NCBI GenBank assembly: GCA_030748415.1 | Contig: JASMMA010000014.1 | Span: forward strand, 180-64,179 | Reading direction: 5' to 3' | Length of the DNA: 64,000 nt | Origin: Planctomycetota bacterium | Lineage (GTDB): Bacteria; Planctomycetota; UBA1135 | In this document: positions 59,005-64,000 of the stretch, one piece after another | Layout of the letters: every line of letters begins with the position of its first letter | Position numbering within the stretch: the first letter of the stretch is position 1 | Notes under the pieces: generated by a model | Told to the model about the DNA's origin: nothing | Databases searched by the model: none | The model's input: only the letters and a program-made list of their open reading frames with translations | Made by a program: the position numbers and the translations under genes

Positions 59005-59940
59005 ATGGTTCACAACGTTGCAATTATTGGTTCCGGTCCTGCCGGTTACACCGCTGCCCTCTACACCGCCCGCGCAGGGCTTTCCCCTCTTCTTTACGAA
59101 GGAATGCAACCTGGTGGCCAGCTAACCATTACGACTGAGGTTGAGAACTATCCCGGATTTCCTGAAGGTATTACGGGGCCCGATTTAATGGATAAGTTTA
59201 AGGCGCAGTGCGCTCGATTTGGGACCACCTTCAAGGAGTTTGCCAATGTGAAGCGGATCGATACATCGGGGCGCCCTTTTGTCATCGAAGATGAAATGGG
59301 TGGCGTTGAAGAAGCACATTCAATTATTGTTGCCACGGGTGCGCGGGCGAAAATGCTGGGGCTGGATAAGGAGAAAGAATTGATGGGATTTGGTGTTTCG
59401 GCATGCGCAACCTGTGACGGTGCCTTTTTTAAGGATGTTGAAATTGCCGTCGTCGGGGGGGGAGATACCGCCATGGAGGAAGCGCTCTACCTCACTCGGT
59501 TTGCTTCCAAAGTTACCATCATTCACCGCCGGGACTATTTCCGAGCCTCCAAGGTTATGCAAGCGCGTGCCGAGGAAAACCCGAACATTGCCCTGAAGCT
59601 TTTTCGGCAGGTGAAGGACATTCTCCATGGGGAAGATAAAAAGGTAACCGGCCTCGTACTTGAAGACCCGAGAGATGGTTCAACGGAAGAAATGTCCTGC
59701 CAAGGCCTCTTCATTGCCATTGGCCATGCTCCTAATACAGATTTCTTGGGAGAGGAATTTGCCAAAGACGAAGTGGGCTACCTGCTCCCGCAAGAGGGAA
59801 TGTCCACAAGCGTTGAGGGGATTTTTGCAGCGGGGGATGTGAGTGATTCGGTATACCGCCAGGCGATTACTGCAGCTGGAGCGGGATGCGCTGCTGCGAT
59901 TGCTGCGCAGCGGTGGCTTGAAGAGAAAGGAATCGAATAA
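59005..59940 (+). CDS. trxB: Thioredoxin reductase
   Basis: IIGSGPAG, GGQL, VENYPGF, CATCDG, GGGDTA, HRRD, AAGDV..YRQA. Confidence 0.97.
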   Translation: MVHNVAIIGSGPAGYTAALYTARAGLSPLLYEGMQPGGQLTITTEVENYPGFPEGITGPDLMDKFKAQCARFGTTFKEFANVKRIDTSGRPFVIEDEMGGVEEAHSIIVATGARAKMLGLDKEKELMGFGVSACATCDGAFFKDVEIAVVGGGDTAMEEALYLTRFASKVTIIHRRDYFRASKVMQARAEENPNIALKLFRQVKDILHGEDKKVTGLVLEDPRDGSTEEMSCQGLFIAIGHAPNTDFLGEEFAKDEVGYLLPQEGMSTSVEGIFAAGDVSDSVYRQAITAAGAGCAAAIAAQRWLEEKGIE

Positions 59941-60105
59941 GACACTGACCCTATCCGGTGGGTCACCCTTTTTTCTAAGTTGTTGTGCTGGAAATAATTC
60001 GGAACACTTTCTTGGCGGGGCTTAGGTCCTTACCGAAAAAAAGTCCTAAAACCCTATAAGAGCAAGCGTTATAAAGAAAGTGGCCCAGCCGATGGGGTCA
60101 GTGTC
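59941..60105. repeat. 165-bp inverted-repeat element, copy B
   Basis: Ends GACACTGACCCTATCCGGTGGGTCAC and GTGGCCCAGCCGATGGGGTCAGTGTC match the TIRs of copy A; same internal spacing. Confidence 0.85.
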
Positions 60106-61084
60106 CAAAGGGGTGGATTAATCCTGACCACGCAGCAGCTTCCCGTGCAAGTGCTCGCCCGTGCCTGATTTCTTCTCGCCGTGCGGCCGATTCCAGAAGA
60201 GCAGCGTGGTGGTTATCCAAAAGGGAGCCCAACTTTCGCCGTAAGGACTGGTCATCGCCAAATAAACAAGAAGCCCCAGGAAACTCCCTATGAGCGGGAA
60301 TATCAGTCGCGAGTATGGGCCTACCCATTAGGCCGGCCTCCAGTAGAGCATTCGGCGCGCCGCCCTCAGATTTGCTTGTTGAGAGAACTACCTGCGCTCG
60401 ACGAAAAAGGGGAGCCAACTGAGCTCTTGGAATTGGTCCGAGCCAAGTTGCAAAGGGGTGTGCTTGGCATAGATTGCGCACCTCTGTGGCAGTTTCCTGT
60501 TCCATCTCTTCCCCCAGTATCCAGAGCTGAAGGAGAGGGCGTCGAGCAACCATGGGGGCAAGAGCTGTAATCGCCCTCGCGGGGTCTTTAATGGACCGAA
60601 TCCCGGTAGGAAGAAGAATGAGCTCCGCGTCAGGGGGAAGGGCGCGGATAATTTCGGGCCTGGGGCCTGGGTGCTCAGGCAGGGGGGACACCGCTTGGGG
60701 AATGACGCTCACCTTGTCCCCGCAGTTTGGGAACAGGTCCCTCACTCGCCTGGCGGCCGCATTTCCCAATGTGACCAATACCTGTGCCTGGGCAACGACC
60801 TCTAGCTCTTCCTCTGAGGGCTGGCCATTGAGGTCTGTACCAGTAAACAGAATGATGACCGGAATGTTTTCCTTCTTCGCAATCGAGACAGCCGTCGGCC
60901 CAGACTTAAACGCATGAAGGGCGATAAGAAGTTCAAAACCATCCCCCTCAAAAGTGGTCCCCTCTGCAGCTTCCAGAGAAACCTCGTGCCCAGACCGTTC
61001 TAGGGCTGAGACTAGGCGTGCTGCAGTGGTGCTATTACCGCGGGGCGCACCGGGAGCGCACGGTAAGAGAATCCCAATCTTCAT
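60098..61084 (-). CDS. Glycosyltransferase, SenB/GLT1D1-like GT-B
   Basis: GNSTTAARL, LIALHAFKS, FTGTDL, IRSIKDP, SKSEGG.PNALLEA. Confidence 0.8.
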   Translation of the reverse strand: MKIGILLPCAPGAPRGNSTTAARLVSALERSGHEVSLEAAEGTTFEGDGFELLIALHAFKSGPTAVSIAKKENIPVIILFTGTDLNGQPSEEELEVVAQAQVLVTLGNAAARRVRDLFPNCGDKVSVIPQAVSPLPEHPGPRPEIIRALPPDAELILLPTGIRSIKDPARAITALAPMVARRPLLQLWILGEEMEQETATEVRNLCQAHPFATWLGPIPRAQLAPLFRRAQVVLSTSKSEGGAPNALLEAGLMGRPILATDIPAHREFPGASCLFGDDQSLRRKLGSLLDNHHAALLESAARREEIRHGRALAREAAAWSGLIHPFGH

Positions 61085-61090
61085 CAGCTA

Positions 61091-62551
61091 TTAGCCAACC
61101 GACAAGTTCACCAAGAAGTCGGTGTTGTCTTTGGACTTATGCATTCGGTTCACTAACAGCTCCATGGCCTCGACAGGATTCATGTCGTTGAGAACTTTGC
61201 GCAGCAACCAAACTCGCTGAAGTTCATCAGCGGTGAAGAGAAGGTCCTCCTTTCGGGTTCCGGAACGATTAATATCAATCGCAGGCCAAACGCGGCGGTC
61301 GGCAAGCTGCCTATCTAGGACAAGTTCCATGTTTCCAGTTCCTTTGAATTCTTCAAAGATGACCTCGTCCATTTTCGAGTTGGTATCAATGAGGGCAGTT
61401 GCCAAAATCGTCAAGGAGCCACCGTCTTCCATGTTTCGCGCGGCACCAAAGAAACGCTTGGGCTTCTGAAGTGCGTCAGCGACCAAACCACCGGTCATGA
61501 TTTTGGAATTTGAAGGAGCTTCATTGTTGTAAGCGCGCGCTAGGCGAGTGATGGAATCCAAAAGGACAACAACATCGCGACCTTGCTCAACCATTCGCTT
61601 GGCGCGTTGAATGACCATCTCGGCAACTTTGATATGCCGTAATGGTGGCTCATCAAAAGTGCTGGCAACGATTTCTCGGTTTTCGCCGGGAACAGTTCGG
61701 CTGAAATCGGTAACCTCTTCAGGTCGCTCATCCACGAGCAAAATAATGAGGTGGCAATCTGGTTGGTTCTGAACAATTGCATTTGCAATTATTTGAAGAA
61801 GTACCGTTTTCCCTGTTCTCGGCGGCGCAACAATCAAACCCCGTTGGCCCTTGCCAATCGGAGAAATCAAATCAACAATTCTCGCCTCAATGAGATCTTG
61901 TTCAGTTTCTAAACGAAGGCGTTCATCAGGGTAAAGAGGAACCAAATCCCCAAAGGGTGCATTGGAGTATTGCTTTTCAGGATCTTCACCGAAGACTGAG
62001 AGCACATCGTGCATGACGAAGAGCGCATTTTCATCTCCAGAAACAGGAGCCAAAACACCGCTGACTTCTTGACCAGAAACCAGGTTATGTTTCTCAACAA
62101 GGGAACGGTGTAGAAGTGCGTCCGTGTCAGCGTTTGGGGTGTAGTCGTTTACACCGTGACGAAGGTAGGCATGGCCCTCTGTCGCGATATCCAAAATCCC
62201 CTTCGTGAAGAAAACTCCAGTCTCTTCCATTTTCTGGTGAACAAGTTTTCTAAGTAGAGCACCGCGTGCCATTCCGAAGGCACCATCGACACCCAACTCT
62301 TCGCCCAACTCTTGAAGTTCAGGAAGGGGAATCGACAGGAGGGGAGTCAGATGGTTGTCGGCCTTCTTTCGCTTTGTTGCAAAGGCCTTAACATTTTTCT
62401 CAGACCAAGCTTCTTCAGGAAGGGCCGGAAGTTGGGAGGGCGGCGGGAATGCTCCCATCCGCTTCTGGGTTTGAGCTCCACCGCCACCTCGGCGGCGGCG
62501 ATTACGGCGGTTGCGGCGGCGGTGTGGCTTGGACGAAGGTGCAGGAACCAT
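61091..62551 (-). CDS. rho: Transcription termination factor Rho
   Basis: [55 protein letters not shown]. Confidence 0.98.
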   Translation of the reverse strand: MVPAPSSKPHRRRNRRNRRRRGGGGAQTQKRMGAFPPPSQLPALPEEAWSEKNVKAFATKRKKADNHLTPLLSIPLPELQELGEELGVDGAFGMARGALLRKLVHQKMEETGVFFTKGILDIATEGHAYLRHGVNDYTPNADTDALLHRSLVEKHNLVSGQEVSGVLAPVSGDENALFVMHDVLSVFGEDPEKQYSNAPFGDLVPLYPDERLRLETEQDLIEARIVDLISPIGKGQRGLIVAPPRTGKTVLLQIIANAIVQNQPDCHLIILLVDERPEEVTDFSRTVPGENREIVASTFDEPPLRHIKVAEMVIQRAKRMVEQGRDVVVLLDSITRLARAYNNEAPSNSKIMTGGLVADALQKPKRFFGAARNMEDGGSLTILATALIDTNSKMDEVIFEEFKGTGNMELVLDRQLADRRVWPAIDINRSGTRKEDLLFTADELQRVWLLRKVLNDMNPVEAMELLVNRMHKSKDNTDFLVNLSVG

Positions 62552-62599
62552 CGAGATTTCCGTTTGGTTGGGACCGCCTGCGGAAAACTCGGCAGAGGG

Positions 62600-63286
62600 T
62601 CAGGTTGGGGAGTCAGGGCCAGTTTCCGGCCAGCGATCCTGGAGGGGCCGGGGGGCCAGGCTAAGAATTGCCCCTAAATGGGGGGCAAGAGCGGAACGAA
62701 GGGCTTCCAGGTTGCCCGTGTTCGCTAGGATAGCATCTGCGCGGTTTTTTTTGGTTTTCAGAGGAATTTGGGCAGATTCTCTCGCTCGCCATTCATCCTC
62801 ACTCCAGCCATGTCGATTGCAGGCACGCTGTTGCCGGTCAGCCTCCGGGACATCCACAAACAAGAGGAAATCGCAAGCTTGATCCAGGCCACTCTCGATT
62901 AGGAGGGGCGCATCCAAAATGGCCCAAGCCGCCTCGCCGGTTTGCTCCAGTGTTCGTAACCTATTGAAAAGAGAAGACCTTACGGCTGGATGGATAATAC
63001 CCTCAAGCTCCCTTCGAGCAGCAGGGTCGTCAAAAACAAGTCCGGCGACGGTCCGACGATCCAGGAGACCATCAGGGCGAAGGACACCCCGGCCCAGGAT
63101 TCCTGCAACCTGCAGGGCCACCTCCTCATTCGCCAAGAGGGCTCCCACTTCAGCGTCAGCGTCTAGCAAGAGGGCCTTTTGGCCCAACATCTCTGCAAGA
63201 AAGCAGGAAACGGTGCTCTTCCCGGAGCCTATTCCTCCTAACAGCCCAACAATTCGCAGACCGGGCCTGGGATTCTCATTTGTCAT
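62600..63286 (-). CDS. coaE: Dephospho-CoA kinase
   Basis: GLLGGIGSGKST, DAD, LEGIIHP, DAPLLIE, RESAQ; start 63286 or 63295. Confidence 0.93.
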   Translation of the reverse strand: MTNENPRPGLRIVGLLGGIGSGKSTVSCFLAEMLGQKALLLDADAEVGALLANEEVALQVAGILGRGVLRPDGLLDRRTVAGLVFDDPAARRELEGIIHPAVRSSLFNRLRTLEQTGEAAWAILDAPLLIESGLDQACDFLLFVDVPEADRQQRACNRHGWSEDEWRARESAQIPLKTKKNRADAILANTGNLEALRSALAPHLGAILSLAPRPLQDRWPETGPDSPT

Positions 63287-63307
63287 CTGTGGCATCTTGG
63301 CTAATTC

Positions 63308-63336
63308 TTGACCCTTCGGCAAGCGGCTCGTAAAAC
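63308..63336 (+). promoter_or_regulatory. Sigma70-type promoter candidate
   Basis: TTGACC-17 nt-TAAAAC about 105 nt upstream of the last ORF. Confidence 0.5.
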
Positions 63337-63442
63337 CTTTGTTCCTTTCAGGACCAGAAAGACCTAAAATCCGTCGCCCACCCGCTCGAGTGTGGTCTTC
63401 CGGAACCAATAAACCCCCATGCACCCTTCCTCAAGCCCCAAG

Positions 63443-64000
63443 ATGAACTCTCGCAATAGCGGAGCCGCTCAGGTCAACGTTATGTGGATGATTGCTTCTT
63501 GCGTCATCCTCGTTTTTGTTGCCATTTTTGCCTACATGAGCCAGCAGCAAGCTGTCCAGTGGGAAAGTAGCTACAACGCCGCCCTTACTAAAACTGCAAC
63601 AGCCAAAATCCTTGCCGATAAGAATTTTGATACTGCTGTGGAGATTTCCAATGTTGTTGGCTTTGTTGCCGACGATGGAAGCCATTCTTCCGTCCAGGCG
63701 ATGCGTGCAGGTTTGGAAAACATCCAAGCAACCTTTCCGGATGCTGTCGATGTTAAAACGGTAGAAGAAGCCGTTCCTGTTATTGTGCGCGAATACTTAG
63801 CGCTTAACGGAACCATTTCTGCGCTGAAGTCACAACTGAATCAAACAAAGAACGACCTGAATGCGAAAGTGTCATCCCATCGTTCTTCGATTTCAGAAAA
63901 AGAAAGCGTTATCCGCGATTTGCGAAAAGAGATGGATGACCTGAACGAGTCTCTTAACGGAACCATTGGTGATTTAGAAAGCCAGCGTGATGGTCTTCGT
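63443..64000 (+). CDS. Membrane-anchored coiled-coil protein (runs off the window end)
   Basis: MNSRNSGAAQVNVMWMIASCVILVFVAIFAY followed by open heptad-rich sequence to the window end. Confidence 0.7.
   Translation, partial: MNSRNSGAAQVNVMWMIASCVILVFVAIFAYMSQQQAVQWESSYNAALTKTATAKILADKNFDTAVEISNVVGFVADDGSHSSVQAMRAGLENIQATFPDAVDVKTVEEAVPVIVREYLALNGTISALKSQLNQTKNDLNAKVSSHRSSISEKESVIRDLRKEMDDLNESLNGTIGDLESQRDGLR

Noticed and set aside
51422-61084. Selenoneine/ergothioneine cluster (FGE domains plus SenB-like GT)
   Set aside because: The FGE domains belong to a kinase and lack the DinB iron-binding domain; no selD in the window.

Overview
A 64-kb, gene-dense chromosomal segment of a bacterium. 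HEAT-vWA and HEAT proteins with W-x-x-W-W motifs, many sulfatase-fold proteins, a giant Ser/Thr kinase-FGE fusion and a coaE-rho pair suggest Planctomycetota; Na+-NQR suggests a marine or saline habitat (inference). It carries a complete nqrABCDEF-apbE operon plus nqrM, HtrA and LonC-type proteases, sodB, and a cell-envelope cluster (GT-C/TPR, GT4, double LPS-kinase, GT2, three membrane-anchored Thr-type sulfatase-fold proteins). Also present are cca, recG, elbB, M1/M32 peptidases, GH172, a fungal-type homoaconitase, a homoisocitrate-type dehydrogenase, a PrpD homologue, an ArfB-like factor, trxB, a SenB-like glycosyltransferase, rho and coaE. I saw no tRNA, rRNA, CRISPR array, transposase or prophage gene. 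The most notable signals are: (1) two ~165-bp intergenic elements with 26-bp terminal inverted repeats and identical internal spacing despite divergent sequence; (2) a compact 6S-like structured RNA candidate; (3) a recurrent TAnnnT-N6-start (leaderless) architecture; (4) a LysF + HICDH + PrpD trio; (5) four sulfatase-fold proteins with Thr at the nucleophile position. All family assignments come from motif recognition by eye; no database search was run.
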